A DNA stretch of 64,000 nt, taken from a virus. Lineage: Duplodnaviria; Heunggongvirae; Uroviricota; Caudoviricetes. A program made the translations under genes and the position numbers. The stretch is from the IMG/VR virus record IMGVR_UViG_3300027744_000008; one strand, written 5' to 3'. Of the stretch, positions 45,901-55,177 are shown piece by piece. Under the pieces are notes generated by a model. That model was not told the origin of the DNA, searched no databases, and saw only the letters and a list, made by a program, of their open reading frames with translations. Each line of letters starts with the position of its first letter. The first letter of the stretch is position 1.

Positions 45901-46088
45901 AGTATGGTGGTACAGGTGTAAGTAGTTTTACAGCCAATGGTGTAGTATATGGAAATAGTACTAGCGGATTGTTAGTTACTGCCGCTAGTAATCCAGGTAG
46001 CAATGCTACTGCTAGTTATGGAATTTTAACCACAGACGGAACTAATGTTCCAGTCTGGACAGATGTGATAGATGGCGGTACTTATTAA
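39915..46088 (+). CDS. Large tail fibre/spike-like structural protein (2057 aa)
   Basis: YVTVDGDDDNDG...RTIKSAC beta-helix-type N-domain, repeated Y(D/N)xxxCxRD helical modules, C-terminal GGDLTTxQTTFNL fibre repeats, ending IDGGTY. Confidence 0.7.
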   Translation: MKYIRRQNLNQQNALDKKVLIKPNGDIEFNPTTSVTVNGEFITVGNQAAGPEVTNVMYVTVDGDDDNDGFGEGPRQAKRTIKSACEVAQEGTTIFVRSGEYYEDNPVRIPPKVSIIGDNLRRTIIKPLNGTTKWNITFVERIDGVVTITTDVEHDLNLRDRVRVISSQTNIDDECATVESIPDSMSFTYIDYGNNLTYAAATGTVERGTDLFLVNSANYIAQVVFKAIQAPAYCVNIDNDAVVDTSPYIQNCSNINGPWMNNGDEWFPFITEQRNIDGDMVTGPRPLLDAELDPAYLDVYSINQRGAGGGMLIDGDRYSSVSPIKSMVADAFTQVAQGAVGFHITNFGYMQLVSCFNVFCHIAYYTTKGGYLSISNSVCDFGNFGFVADGYYNIPYDSGVILSDYYSYVASVTIDSPGSNYTLAPIVTFDPPTSLGGVQAQGTASIDVSTGLLIAISIDDPGSGYDFQPNITLTGGGANPSLVQGIATANLYKNETITISNLSNKPQVGSIVFLENDPTSYYISNTDNIVQTFTYNEIKCRRDVALILDAILTDMTFGSTYSSTAAGLSYLRSYAAKVTSLQKLQTIAGLNEARDLALSLTVNPTAQTAITDNFAIVTDIIDIGLVAVPALDIPSSLTREEGYSQAAAILEANKLFVQDEITAWIAYNYSVLDYDSVTCSRDVGLIVDALCYDLMFGSNFRTITAARSYYRAAASVVTQQQKSATLAAFRYLKIIVAAKITDNPTANASVKSNMDIIINVLENGLEEIGGIVRPDPTGYSNNYKFARNLIDENKEFIKAEISAYLNINWTAVWTGLNAAGQARVQLNIEYILDALYYDITYGGNLETTIAGRAYYSFGVLQISAPEKTAILDAYDHMKTIIGDIAQNIDIVQLQGVVIQVTGLPGSAGATSDAQDLIQNVIDIIDTGAYVDVPPSTAWVSASLLEEDTALQYARSSIQDSVIKYINANNFIYDENTCRRDIAYIIDAMIYDMSYDGNTQTANAAAAYLEGSVIAGQVEETLAAYKYWKTIVGNIVRNIEITATPGNNTSQDISISKGSPVPASGPANYAQELLQIIIDVVDHGTGYLPDPKTPPDYALGDNTLAAIRTNILNNVLSIQDSVIDYLNGAYGGTVDVTLFPAVQNVVAGTIARLHNVSTISTGGTALEYVGAGVTYNALPFFGGEPIPANERTEINNGKCFTVTNDQVGNFRVGSIFNVNALTGEVTIDAEDISLSGLSSVGPFKRNGIFVGVVLREISDNTTLVASTGFQEDDTVPTQFAVSTYVETNYLNKVTTAAETVASNSITFDGSIAVNGGTLSTTYTNFSLVNAAATTVNFAGAATTVNIGDATGIVYINGDLQVKGGDLTTDQTTFNLLDTTATTINFGGDATVISIGKDSGTTTVNNNFKVNINSTLGDDTTVENTLNGKLISNIPDNVGSAVEFKQSTNSYLKFDTSNSLELTTFGSTPLVTFKNVTDASGSTTASVTFDGGVGIAKKLYVGTDLTVNGNSALGNDRAVDTHTVDGTLSINVPDNTAVAFQIKENTQTYITAVTTNGSESITIEATPTLLVKNVTDNTLGTNASGALQVTGGVGIAKNLTVGVDLRVTGNTVMTGDLDVQGGDITTNQTTFNLVNTTATTLNIGGASTATAIGSTASGNTTINYDATVKHDLTVDGDVQVKGGDITTDQTTFNLVNTTATTLNIGGASTTTAIGSAVSGTTTINYDANVKHDLTVDGDVQVKGGDLTTNQTTFNLLNATATTINAFGAATAITVGASGANTFTLNHGTLVGSQTTQNVFNTTATTVNAFGAATTIGIGANTGTLTLNNAIVTTPGQFISTRASDLADGAGQLYLNGATGNRIDFNNNGTAAPAFTTRSAGSKIVLYPLTNSTNTDYAIGINSGTFWSSVPQYDAALTFKWFGGITEIASLDGLGNQILTGDLAVNGGDLTTTQTTFNLINATATTLNIGGAATTVNLGINTGTVNIGVLALTTDLEVQYGGTGVSSFTANGVVYGNSTSGLLVTAASNPGSNATASYGILTTDGTNVPVWTDVIDGGTY
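44769..45180 (+). repeat. 183-bp (61-aa) tandem repeat, a little over 2 copies
   Basis: GGD(I/L)TT(N/D)QTTFNL units start at 44769, 44952 and 45135. Confidence 0.85.
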
Positions 46089-46089
46089 C

Positions 46090-46146
46090 GGGCGATAGTA
46101 ATATCCTGACCCAGGGCGACGAAAGTCTTGACCCAACCTAGATAGG
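46090..46146 (+). promoter_or_regulatory. Tandem GNRA-hairpin RNA element plus an SD-overlapping hairpin upstream of the 2436-aa fibre gene
   Basis: GGGC-GATA-GTAA-TATC-CTGA-CCCA, then GGGC-GAC-GAAA-GTC-TTGA-CCCA, then CCT-AGAT-AGG. Confidence 0.65.
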
Positions 46147-46154
46147 AAGATGAG

Positions 46155-49100
46155 ATGGCGACAAAAATTAAACATAGACGGTCCAGCGTATCTGGAAATG
46201 TTCCAACGGCTGGACAAATTGATGTAGCAGAATTTGCCTTCAATACCACAGACGGATCAATCTTCATTAAGAATGAAGCCAGCGACATCATTGATGTAAC
46301 AGCAAATTTATACAAGAAAAATACCAGTATTGCCCTAACAGATACTGGCACTGATGGTACGATCACCATGAAGGCTGACGGTACTACTACATTTGAAGCC
46401 ACATCAACCTTAACATCTATTAAGCAAAATACCAGTATCGAAAATGCCAATGAACTGCGACTAAAAGAACTGACTAGCAACGGTACAGACTATGTTGGCC
46501 TTAAGTCTCCAGATAGTCTAGCCTCTAGCTACACATTTACTCTACCCACTACCAACGGAACACTTGGACAACTAATGTCAACTGACGGCGACGGACAGTT
46601 GTACTTCTCAGATCCGGACACTTTTGGCGGTAATAGAGTCTACGTATCGGCCAGCAAAGGTAACGATGCTAACGATGGTCTTACTAAACCAGTATTAACA
46701 ATTAAAAGAGCCTGTCAAATAGCATCCGGCTTAGTTTACACATCAGGCGGCGCAGTCAACGGACAGAGGGTAAACGTAATTGTTGCTGCAGGTAGTTATA
46801 CAGAACAAAATCCTGTTATTATTCCCGACAACGTTACCATTAAAGGTGACAGTCTACGCTCAGTTATTATTCGTCCTGCAAATGCTAATCAAGATATGTT
46901 GCGTGTGCGTAACGGTTGTTACTTTGGTGAATTTACATTCCGTGACGGACTTAGCGGAAGTACTCCAACGTTTACATTCAGCTATAGTGTGGCCTTTGAT
47001 GATCCACTAGATGTCACAGTTGATAGAACTCTATATACCTATCTTCCTTCGACTAAACCATTGATCACGCAATCCCCCTACATTCAAAACTGTTCAATTA
47101 TTTCATTCTTGGGCGGCAATGGCGTACTAGTAGACGGCAGTAAGGTTATTACACCTAACACTTCAGCGACTCAAATTGAAGCTGAAAATCCAGTAAGCGG
47201 TGCAGCACCTGATCAAGGTAAGTCAATGGTTGCCAACGCCTTTACCATGTTGTCATTTGGAGGTACAGGCTGGCGATTGATCAACGATGCTTACGCACAG
47301 ATTGTTTCATGTTTCCAAATTTTCATGTTGAACGGTGTGTACACACAGAGTGGTGGTTACTGTTCTATTACTAACTCGGCTACTAACTTTGGTTTATATG
47401 CTCTACGTGCCAGCGGCTATAGTCCCAACGCATTTGCCTTTGACAAGGGATACATTGGAACCACTGGAACAATTGGTAGTACACAGACTATTACAGCCTT
47501 TGGATGGACTCGCGAAGATGGTCCAATCAACGAATTTGTCATACGATTATATGACCCAAGTACAACTGCAGACTTAACTAGCACTTATAAAACTACCTTA
47601 CCTGGTTATGTATCTGAAAGTTTTGATGCAGCCACAGACGTTAATACCACTACTAATGTTTTTACTATTACTAGTCATGGATTTTTAAACGGTGACACTG
47701 TCTCATATGATTCCAATGGCGGAACAGAAATTAGTCCGATATTCAACGGAGAAGTGTTTTATATTGGTTATCTAACTGGTAATACTTTTAAATTATTCTA
47801 CGACGACAGTCTAACACGAGAAGTAAACATACTTTCCGTTGGCGTTGGAACACAGTCTTTTAACACACAAGATTACGAAATGTATGTTGACGAAGTCACA
47901 GAAACTCATAATCAATTCCAAACATTGACCTTAGATGCAGGAAGTCCATCGGGATATTCATTTACCATAGGTGATACAATTGAAGGCACCACAGGAGCAT
48001 TTCCTAATAACGCCTTTGTATACAGTTATGACGCCGGCACTAGGCAACTGGTAGTCTGTCTAAATCCAGTAACTATTGGTCTAACAGAAACTAGAAATAA
48101 TTTTACTACATCAAGTCAAATTACCAGTGTAGCCGGAGTAGCTGCCAGTTATTTTATGACAACGAGTGTGGTATCAAGGACTGATTTATATGGTGCTGAC
48201 TTTGAAATCCAACCTACAATCGTAGGCGGTGCATTTACCAGTATAGCAACACTACCCGGTAAACAGATATGGTTCCATAGACCTAGTATTACTAACTCAT
48301 CTGCACACACTTGGGAATATGCAGGATCGGGAACAGACTATAATGCTCTACCACAGAACGGCGGCAAAGGTATTCCAGCTTATGAACAAGTAAGTCAGGG
48401 CACTGGCAAAGTTTATACATCTGGTACTAATGAACTTGGTGACTTTAAAGTTGGTAATTTTATTACTGCCTTTAACAGAACAGGTAACGTCACTTTCACA
48501 AACAAGATCACAGTTGACACACTGGACGTTCTAAAGCTAGGGGTTGGTGGTGTCACTGTTGAAAGTATTAGTATTGATCCTGAACTAGGACTAAACGAAA
48601 CAGGTGGTCCAAAAGACAGTAGAATTAGCACTCAGTTGGCTGTATACAGTTATAATCAAATTCACCTTGGCAACGTCATTGACAAAAACGTGAGTACAAA
48701 TGCTGTTCCGGGATCACTGGTGCAGTTAAACTCTAACGGACAGATCAACAGCGACTTAATTCCTACATCAAGAAGTTTTAGCAGTTTTAGTTCAGCAGGT
48801 ATTAACAGTAGATTAGACCACTCAGATAATATACCTGCAGGTGATGTGTTAAGCGGAGATATTGCAGTTGAGGCATTTTATCAACAAGAATTAACCATTG
48901 ACAATCCAATAACTGCTGAAGTTGGCACGGCAGTGATACAAACTACTGCTAATACAGCCACAACATCAATTACATCTACTATAAATTCATTTACAGTGAC
49001 CCATGCTGGTACGCTGGCCAATAGCACCTATGTTCTAATTGAAGGAGTCACCCCCACAGCCTATAATGGTGTGTGGCTGATCAACCGAGCTATCGCAGGA

Positions 49101-52100
49101 TCATTTACAGTATTCACTAATATTAATCCTGGAACTGCCAGTGTACAAGGTACAATTTATTATGGTGGCGCCAGTGGCCGATTAAAAGGTTCTTATACTG
49201 CTGCCACTTCTATCATCGTTGGCAGTGTGTTCTCTAACTTTAATACACCATTTGTCACAGGTGCTAGCACTTTAATTATTGGTACAGACAGAACACCAAG
49301 TGATACTAATACCGCAGTGACCGTGAGTATTGCCAGCGCAGCAAGCACATCAAGTTTAAATTATTTCTTAAATGTTGGAACGTATTCACAATATCTAGTA
49401 TTAGAAAACTCGGCTACACCAACATTTACCAATGGCAGCATCAGCGCAGCACTTAGATATAGCAACGTAGGATACATTACAACTAGCCTAGCACATAACT
49501 TTAGCACAGGCAACGAAGTTAAAGTTAATGCGACGACAGATAACTTTGATGGCACTGGCTATGTCACTGTGATTTCTTCAACTGATTTTAGTTATAGTAA
49601 CAGCGGCACCGACACTACTGCCACTGCAACAACAACTTCAACAGCAACTCTGGTTGCTGTTACTGGGACAAGTACCACAGGCAGTGTGGCAACTGCCGGT
49701 CTAACCGGCACCATTACCTTAGGAGATTATGTGTTTGGCGCTACACTGCCCTACGGTGCCAAAGTTACAGTGGTCAACATGGCCGTCGACCCAAGAACAT
49801 TTACCATAGCTTGGCCAACGTCGGCAACAGTTACAGGTACTAGTACCGCTGCACTGACATTTGTTACACCTGTTAGTGAAACAGGCACAGTTCGATCAGT
49901 ACTAACAGCAGCCGACTCTTCAAGTCAAGGTGAATTTACAGAATTACGTTCAGGTGTGCTAACTTCAGTTAACAACTTATCAGGACTAACCGGAGGAAGT
50001 AGTTATGTAGCTGGTATATATTCTAGGGTGCCGTTGACCAATCAAACTGTGGCAACAACTAGTATTAGTAGTACAGCCACTGTGGCCACTATCACGCACG
50101 GCACCACGGTTATAAACACTTTTGTCACAGGTTCTCAAGTGGTCATTGCTGGCACTACAGCTTCTAGTGGCAGTGCAGGACAGTACAACGGTACATGGAC
50201 TGTGACTACAGGCGCCAGCGGATCATTTACCATAACTGGAACATTCACTAATACTGCCACTGCCAGTGTACAAGGCACAGTGGCCAGTGGAGTTGGAGAG
50301 TGTGCTCTTGCAGCTATCACAGTATCTGGAGCAGGAGCTGTTACTGATGTTGATCTAGTATTTGGCGGAGCCAACTATGCTGTGGGCAGTACGCTAACTA
50401 CCAGCAATGCATATCTAGGCGGTGCTGGTTCTGGATTTAAAATAACAACCACAGCAATAGAAAAACGTGCCTATGTAAAATTATTTGGCGGCCAAACATT
50501 TATTGCCACACCGGGAGCACCTGACTTTGTAGAAGAAAACGCCAGTGTAACAGATACTGCTGATGCAACAACAACTGTAGTGGCAACATTTGATGCCCAA
50601 TCAACCGGTGCAGGTGGCGGTGTCAACACTGTTCTAAACAGAATTACAACATTGGCGCCACACGGATTTAGCACAGGCGACCCAGTACTCTACAATCCAG
50701 GCGTTGATCCAGCAATTGGGGGCCTAACCAGCGGCGCCATATATTTTGCCAAGACTATTGATCCAAGTACTATAGAACTTTATACAAATTATGGCGTATC
50801 AACCATTATTGTATTAGCTACATCAACAGGCGCTGGACATACATTCACTAGAAAAACAATAGACATTATTAATAATACAGTAACTATACCAGCTCATGGA
50901 TTTAATACAGGCGATGCTTTCCGTATTACCGGCAGTGATTTACCTTACATAAGTAGCGTACAGATTACGTCAGGTGATCATTACTTTGTTGGTTCTGTGA
51001 CAACTAACAGTTTTAGCATCCACGAACTACGCAGTGATGCATTGGACAGTGTTAGTGGTGTTACTATTAATGCTCTTAATATTACAGCCACCGGTTCTGG
51101 CACTTTCACTATTACAAAAAATAACATTAAAGTAACTGCAACAGTTAATACCAGTAGTACTTTTAGCGACAATTGGAATAGTCTAACAACCAGCACCATT
51201 GACGCAAGCAGTATCATCTCAGGTATTATTAGCACATCAAGACTGGCCTCTGGCAGTGCAAGTAGTAGTACATTTTTAAGAGGTGATTCAACTTGGAGTC
51301 CTGTGGTACAAACAGCCGTGCTGGCAGCAAGTTCTGCATTGACCTTAACTGGTACAGGTGTTGGCCCTTATACAGGTGCACTGACATTTGACGTAGTCAA
51401 AGCAGATAAAACTGGAGGTAGCGGCGGCTATTCAACTACAGGTGTGGCCAGTTTCAATACCACACAGTTTTCAGTTGGTACTGGCGATAGTTTAACTGCT
51501 GGCCAAGTGTTGATCAAAGCTGGAGTCATTGACGCGGGCACACTAGATACCTACGATTCAAGTTACTTTTTAAATCCTAGCAACTTAACCAGCGCAGTGC
51601 CAGTGAACAAAGGTGGTACAAACTTAACTTCATACGCTGTTGGTGATACACTGTATGCCAGTGGTTCTACTACAATAAACACCTTGGCTATCGGTGTTGC
51701 AGACACTGTAATGACCAGCACTGGTAGTGCGCCACAATGGAGTCCAGCGTTAACCATCGCAAAAAACATTAGTGTTTCTGGAGCAGACGTTACCACATCT
51801 AGTACTGGCGCAACTAAGGTATTCAACACTAACTCAACAGCATTAAATCTTGCCGGTGCCGCAAACAATGTTTATATTGGTTCAAGCACAGCCAGTCAAT
51901 CATTGTCGAATAGTGTGAAAAGTTATACAACTGCTGGATCTTCAAGCACTACTGTCACAGTCAACGTTGGATTAACAGCATCAATTAGCCTCATGGCCAG
52001 AGCAACTAATAGTGCCTCCATTGCTACCAGTAGTAACCACGGACTATTCAGTGGAGATGTAGTCACAGTGGTATGCACCAGCGATACTAGTTTTACCTCA

Positions 52101-53465
52101 ATAGCAACTAGTGTTGTTGTCACTGGATTAACAACATTTGCCTACACAAATAACGGAACTAATGTTGGCAGTACCGGGGGAACAGGTAGTGTTTATATTG
52201 GAGCAACAGGTATTGCTCTTGGAACTACAGCAAGCAACGGTGATACAGCACTAATATTTGTCAGCACCACGGGTGTTAGAGCAGGCATGTTAGTACAAAG
52301 TGCCGCCAGCGTACCTGCAGGCACTACAGTCGTTGGCGTTGACGCTACTAGAGTATATCTAAGCGCAGCCTTAACTGGCACAATTACCAGTGGTGTTGCC
52401 ATAATTTTTACCAATACCAATACCAGTTTAGGTATTAGCACAGGTGATCAAATTACCATTGCTAGCTCAACAGTGACTAATTTAGATGGTACTTGGCCAG
52501 TTACCAGTGCAGGTGCAACTTCAACAACATTCAACGTTAAAGTTACCACTGCTGTTACACAGACAAATGTTGCTCGAGTAGGCACCATAGTAAGAATTAA
52601 CAATTTGCTGTTGAAGAATAGAACTGTGACATTGGGCAGTTCAGAAGCCAGTGCTAGTCCTGTAGCAGCAACGCTCAAAGGTGAAAATGCTGTAGGTACT
52701 GATGTTGCAGGAGCAGCTTTAACTGTTCGACCAGGTTTATCAACTGGCAGTGCCACAGGCGCTGTGATCAACTTCCAAACAGGCACTACGAGTACTACTG
52801 GTGATACTACTCAGACAGCTGTGACCAGAATGTCAGTGACTCAGAGTGCTGCCACTACCACATTAGATTTGACCACAGCAATGACCACAGCCAATGTGTT
52901 CAACACTATAGCAACCGCAGTCAATGCCTTTGGTGCTGCCACAGCAATCACAGTAGGTGCTAGTGGCGCAAATACATTTACATTGAATCACGGCACCATA
53001 GTTGGTAGTCAAACCACACAGAACGTATTCAATACCACGGCAACAACTGGCAATTTGTTTGGAGCAGCTACAACTACTAATATTTCTACAACTGCTGCCA
53101 CTGCTAATACAACACTAGTTGGTCCTGCAATTACTAATAATACATTTAGAATAAACGGTACTACCATTGGTACTATTAACTTAACATCACCTGTGACCAC
53201 TGGCATCGTTAATCTCTATACTGGTACTACCACTGGTACTATCAACGTGGGTAGCACTGCCGCAGGAAAAGTTGCCATAGCATTCAACACAGCAAGTACA
53301 ACATCAACCACGGGTGCGCTGACTGTCTCAGGTGGTGTTGGAGTTACTGGTAATGTTTATGTTGGTTCAGCCAGTAGAGTTGGTTTTGTAAATGCCAGCA
53401 ATGTTAGTGTGGTTTATCAGGTCTACAACAGTGTGGCCAATAGTTTAGATACGGTGTTCGGATAA
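46155..53465 (+). CDS. Large tail fibre protein (2436 aa)
   Basis: MATKIKHRRSSVSGNVP fibre-type N-terminus; shares the SPYIQNCS/SMVANAFT domain with 39915; HGFxxGD repeats; T/S/G-rich. Confidence 0.72.
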   Translation: MATKIKHRRSSVSGNVPTAGQIDVAEFAFNTTDGSIFIKNEASDIIDVTANLYKKNTSIALTDTGTDGTITMKADGTTTFEATSTLTSIKQNTSIENANELRLKELTSNGTDYVGLKSPDSLASSYTFTLPTTNGTLGQLMSTDGDGQLYFSDPDTFGGNRVYVSASKGNDANDGLTKPVLTIKRACQIASGLVYTSGGAVNGQRVNVIVAAGSYTEQNPVIIPDNVTIKGDSLRSVIIRPANANQDMLRVRNGCYFGEFTFRDGLSGSTPTFTFSYSVAFDDPLDVTVDRTLYTYLPSTKPLITQSPYIQNCSIISFLGGNGVLVDGSKVITPNTSATQIEAENPVSGAAPDQGKSMVANAFTMLSFGGTGWRLINDAYAQIVSCFQIFMLNGVYTQSGGYCSITNSATNFGLYALRASGYSPNAFAFDKGYIGTTGTIGSTQTITAFGWTREDGPINEFVIRLYDPSTTADLTSTYKTTLPGYVSESFDAATDVNTTTNVFTITSHGFLNGDTVSYDSNGGTEISPIFNGEVFYIGYLTGNTFKLFYDDSLTREVNILSVGVGTQSFNTQDYEMYVDEVTETHNQFQTLTLDAGSPSGYSFTIGDTIEGTTGAFPNNAFVYSYDAGTRQLVVCLNPVTIGLTETRNNFTTSSQITSVAGVAASYFMTTSVVSRTDLYGADFEIQPTIVGGAFTSIATLPGKQIWFHRPSITNSSAHTWEYAGSGTDYNALPQNGGKGIPAYEQVSQGTGKVYTSGTNELGDFKVGNFITAFNRTGNVTFTNKITVDTLDVLKLGVGGVTVESISIDPELGLNETGGPKDSRISTQLAVYSYNQIHLGNVIDKNVSTNAVPGSLVQLNSNGQINSDLIPTSRSFSSFSSAGINSRLDHSDNIPAGDVLSGDIAVEAFYQQELTIDNPITAEVGTAVIQTTANTATTSITSTINSFTVTHAGTLANSTYVLIEGVTPTAYNGVWLINRAIAGSFTVFTNINPGTASVQGTIYYGGASGRLKGSYTAATSIIVGSVFSNFNTPFVTGASTLIIGTDRTPSDTNTAVTVSIASAASTSSLNYFLNVGTYSQYLVLENSATPTFTNGSISAALRYSNVGYITTSLAHNFSTGNEVKVNATTDNFDGTGYVTVISSTDFSYSNSGTDTTATATTTSTATLVAVTGTSTTGSVATAGLTGTITLGDYVFGATLPYGAKVTVVNMAVDPRTFTIAWPTSATVTGTSTAALTFVTPVSETGTVRSVLTAADSSSQGEFTELRSGVLTSVNNLSGLTGGSSYVAGIYSRVPLTNQTVATTSISSTATVATITHGTTVINTFVTGSQVVIAGTTASSGSAGQYNGTWTVTTGASGSFTITGTFTNTATASVQGTVASGVGECALAAITVSGAGAVTDVDLVFGGANYAVGSTLTTSNAYLGGAGSGFKITTTAIEKRAYVKLFGGQTFIATPGAPDFVEENASVTDTADATTTVVATFDAQSTGAGGGVNTVLNRITTLAPHGFSTGDPVLYNPGVDPAIGGLTSGAIYFAKTIDPSTIELYTNYGVSTIIVLATSTGAGHTFTRKTIDIINNTVTIPAHGFNTGDAFRITGSDLPYISSVQITSGDHYFVGSVTTNSFSIHELRSDALDSVSGVTINALNITATGSGTFTITKNNIKVTATVNTSSTFSDNWNSLTTSTIDASSIISGIISTSRLASGSASSSTFLRGDSTWSPVVQTAVLAASSALTLTGTGVGPYTGALTFDVVKADKTGGSGGYSTTGVASFNTTQFSVGTGDSLTAGQVLIKAGVIDAGTLDTYDSSYFLNPSNLTSAVPVNKGGTNLTSYAVGDTLYASGSTTINTLAIGVADTVMTSTGSAPQWSPALTIAKNISVSGADVTTSSTGATKVFNTNSTALNLAGAANNVYIGSSTASQSLSNSVKSYTTAGSSSTTVTVNVGLTASISLMARATNSASIATSSNHGLFSGDVVTVVCTSDTSFTSIATSVVVTGLTTFAYTNNGTNVGSTGGTGSVYIGATGIALGTTASNGDTALIFVSTTGVRAGMLVQSAASVPAGTTVVGVDATRVYLSAALTGTITSGVAIIFTNTNTSLGISTGDQITIASSTVTNLDGTWPVTSAGATSTTFNVKVTTAVTQTNVARVGTIVRINNLLLKNRTVTLGSSEASASPVAATLKGENAVGTDVAGAALTVRPGLSTGSATGAVINFQTGTTSTTGDTTQTAVTRMSVTQSAATTTLDLTTAMTTANVFNTIATAVNAFGAATAITVGASGANTFTLNHGTIVGSQTTQNVFNTTATTGNLFGAATTTNISTTAATANTTLVGPAITNNTFRINGTTIGTINLTSPVTTGIVNLYTGTTTGTINVGSTAAGKVAIAFNTASTTSTTGALTVSGGVGVTGNVYVGSASRVGFVNASNVSVVYQVYNSVANSLDTVFG

Positions 53466-55156
53466 TGTCTAGACTTCTTAGCACAGGAACATTGATTGTC
53501 AACGGTGAGTTTGACGAAGTTACGTCTATAGCACCGTTAAAGTTTCGCACAACATCAAATACGGTGTTTGCCAGTGAGTTCGATGAATTCACAGGGGCAC
53601 CTGTTGTAGACTCTAGTTTAAAACTTTGGTTGGATGCTGGCCAGACTACTAGTTATTCGGGCTCTGGTTCAACTTGGACTGATTTAAGCGGTAATGGTAA
53701 CAACGGTACCATAGTAAATAGTCCAACATATTCTACTGACAACGGTGGATATTTTAGTTTTGGAAGTGGTGGATCACAAAGAACTAGTTTTGCCTATCAA
53801 ACACCAGTACAATCGGCTTCTACAGCCTTCACATGGAACATATGGGTATATCCTGTCGCTAATCAAGATGGATATGTTCTCATGGGCTATAGAGGAACCA
53901 CCCCTTTACAATTCTACAAATTAACCACCCAGAAATTTGAGATGTATCCAGCTGAAATATTTTATCTGTTTACTCTGAATGTCTGGCAAAATATATGTGT
54001 AACTTATGATGGCACACAAAGTGGAACAGCTAATATGAAGATGTATGTAAATGGTATACAAGTAGGATTACGAGATGCTGACCAACCAGATTTTTCGCCT
54101 AGCACCATGCCATTTTATGTAGGAGGAGATCCTATTGCCAGTGAATTTGCTACCGCAAGGATTAGCCAAGTTATGGTATACGACCGTGCTCTATCCACAG
54201 CTGAAATTGTACAAAATTATAATGCATTACAAAGTAGATATGAATTATCAGCTGTAACAGCAACTCAAATGCCAGTGGTTCAAAGACAACAGAGTTCAGG
54301 AACTTTATTGGTCAATGGTGAATTTGAAGAGTATGATATACTTAGTAACAGTAACACGTTTACAACAAATGATCTGTTTGTTGTACCTGCTGGTGTAACC
54401 AGTATCTCTGCTGTTGCCGTTGGCGGCGGAGGTGGAGGTGGAGGTGGAACAGACGGTAGTAATGGTGGTGGTGGTGGTGGCGGGGGTGCTTTAGCGTATG
54501 TCAATAGTATAGCAGTAACACCTGGAGAAACATTAACAGTAGTGGTAGGTGCAATTGGTGCTGGTGGAGCAGGATTAAATGTTGGAACTTCTGGTGGACT
54601 TTCTAGTATTGCAAGATCTGCTACAATTTTATTACAAGCAAATGGTGGAACAAGAGGTAATTGTTTTGCAATTAATGGAAATAATAATGGTGGTGCTGGT
54701 GGAATAGTAGTAACTGGCTCAGGTGGTGCTGGTGGTGCTGGTGGTGCTGGTACTAGTTTTGGTGGTGGTGGTGCAGGTGGTGCAGGTGGATATTCAGGTA
54801 ATGGGGGTGGTGGTGGACTTAGTGGGAATCAAGGGAGCGATGGTACTGGTGGTGGTGGTGGTGGCGGATATGGAGCAAACAGTCGGGGTGGTGGCGGTGG
54901 TGGAGTCGGAATTAATGGAGTTGGATCAAATGGAACTGCTGGACTAAGCGATGCTGCTCCCGGAAGTGGTGGTTCTAACGGATCCTCTGGGACTACAGGT
55001 GCCCTCACTGGTATAGGTGGAAATTTTGGTGGTGGTGGTGGTGGTGGTGCAGACGTTTCAACAGGTACAGGTGGTAATGGTGCTGGAGGTGCAGTAAAAA
55101 TATTTTATAATGCTGGTGGAGGAAGTAATCCTACATTTCCAGCTCTTTTGTTTTAA
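53465..55156 (+). CDS. LamG/concanavalin-like domain protein with a glycine-rich C-terminal domain (putative adhesin)
   Basis: LWLDAG...SYSGSGSTWTDLSGNGNNGT...YDRALSTAEIVQNYNA, followed by VPAGVTSISAVAVGGGGGG and polyglycine repeats. Confidence 0.78.
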   Translation: MSRLLSTGTLIVNGEFDEVTSIAPLKFRTTSNTVFASEFDEFTGAPVVDSSLKLWLDAGQTTSYSGSGSTWTDLSGNGNNGTIVNSPTYSTDNGGYFSFGSGGSQRTSFAYQTPVQSASTAFTWNIWVYPVANQDGYVLMGYRGTTPLQFYKLTTQKFEMYPAEIFYLFTLNVWQNICVTYDGTQSGTANMKMYVNGIQVGLRDADQPDFSPSTMPFYVGGDPIASEFATARISQVMVYDRALSTAEIVQNYNALQSRYELSAVTATQMPVVQRQQSSGTLLVNGEFEEYDILSNSNTFTTNDLFVVPAGVTSISAVAVGGGGGGGGGTDGSNGGGGGGGGALAYVNSIAVTPGETLTVVVGAIGAGGAGLNVGTSGGLSSIARSATILLQANGGTRGNCFAINGNNNGGAGGIVVTGSGGAGGAGGAGTSFGGGGAGGAGGYSGNGGGGGLSGNQGSDGTGGGGGGGYGANSRGGGGGGVGINGVGSNGTAGLSDAAPGSGGSNGSSGTTGALTGIGGNFGGGGGGGADVSTGTGGNGAGGAVKIFYNAGGGSNPTFPALLF

Positions 55157-55177
55157 ATATTAAGGTAGATATAATAA

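Noticed and set aside
46106-46124. Hammerhead ribozyme (CTGA...GAAA)
   Set aside because: Lacks the CUGANGA core and the stem II/III arrangement; better explained as tandem hairpins.
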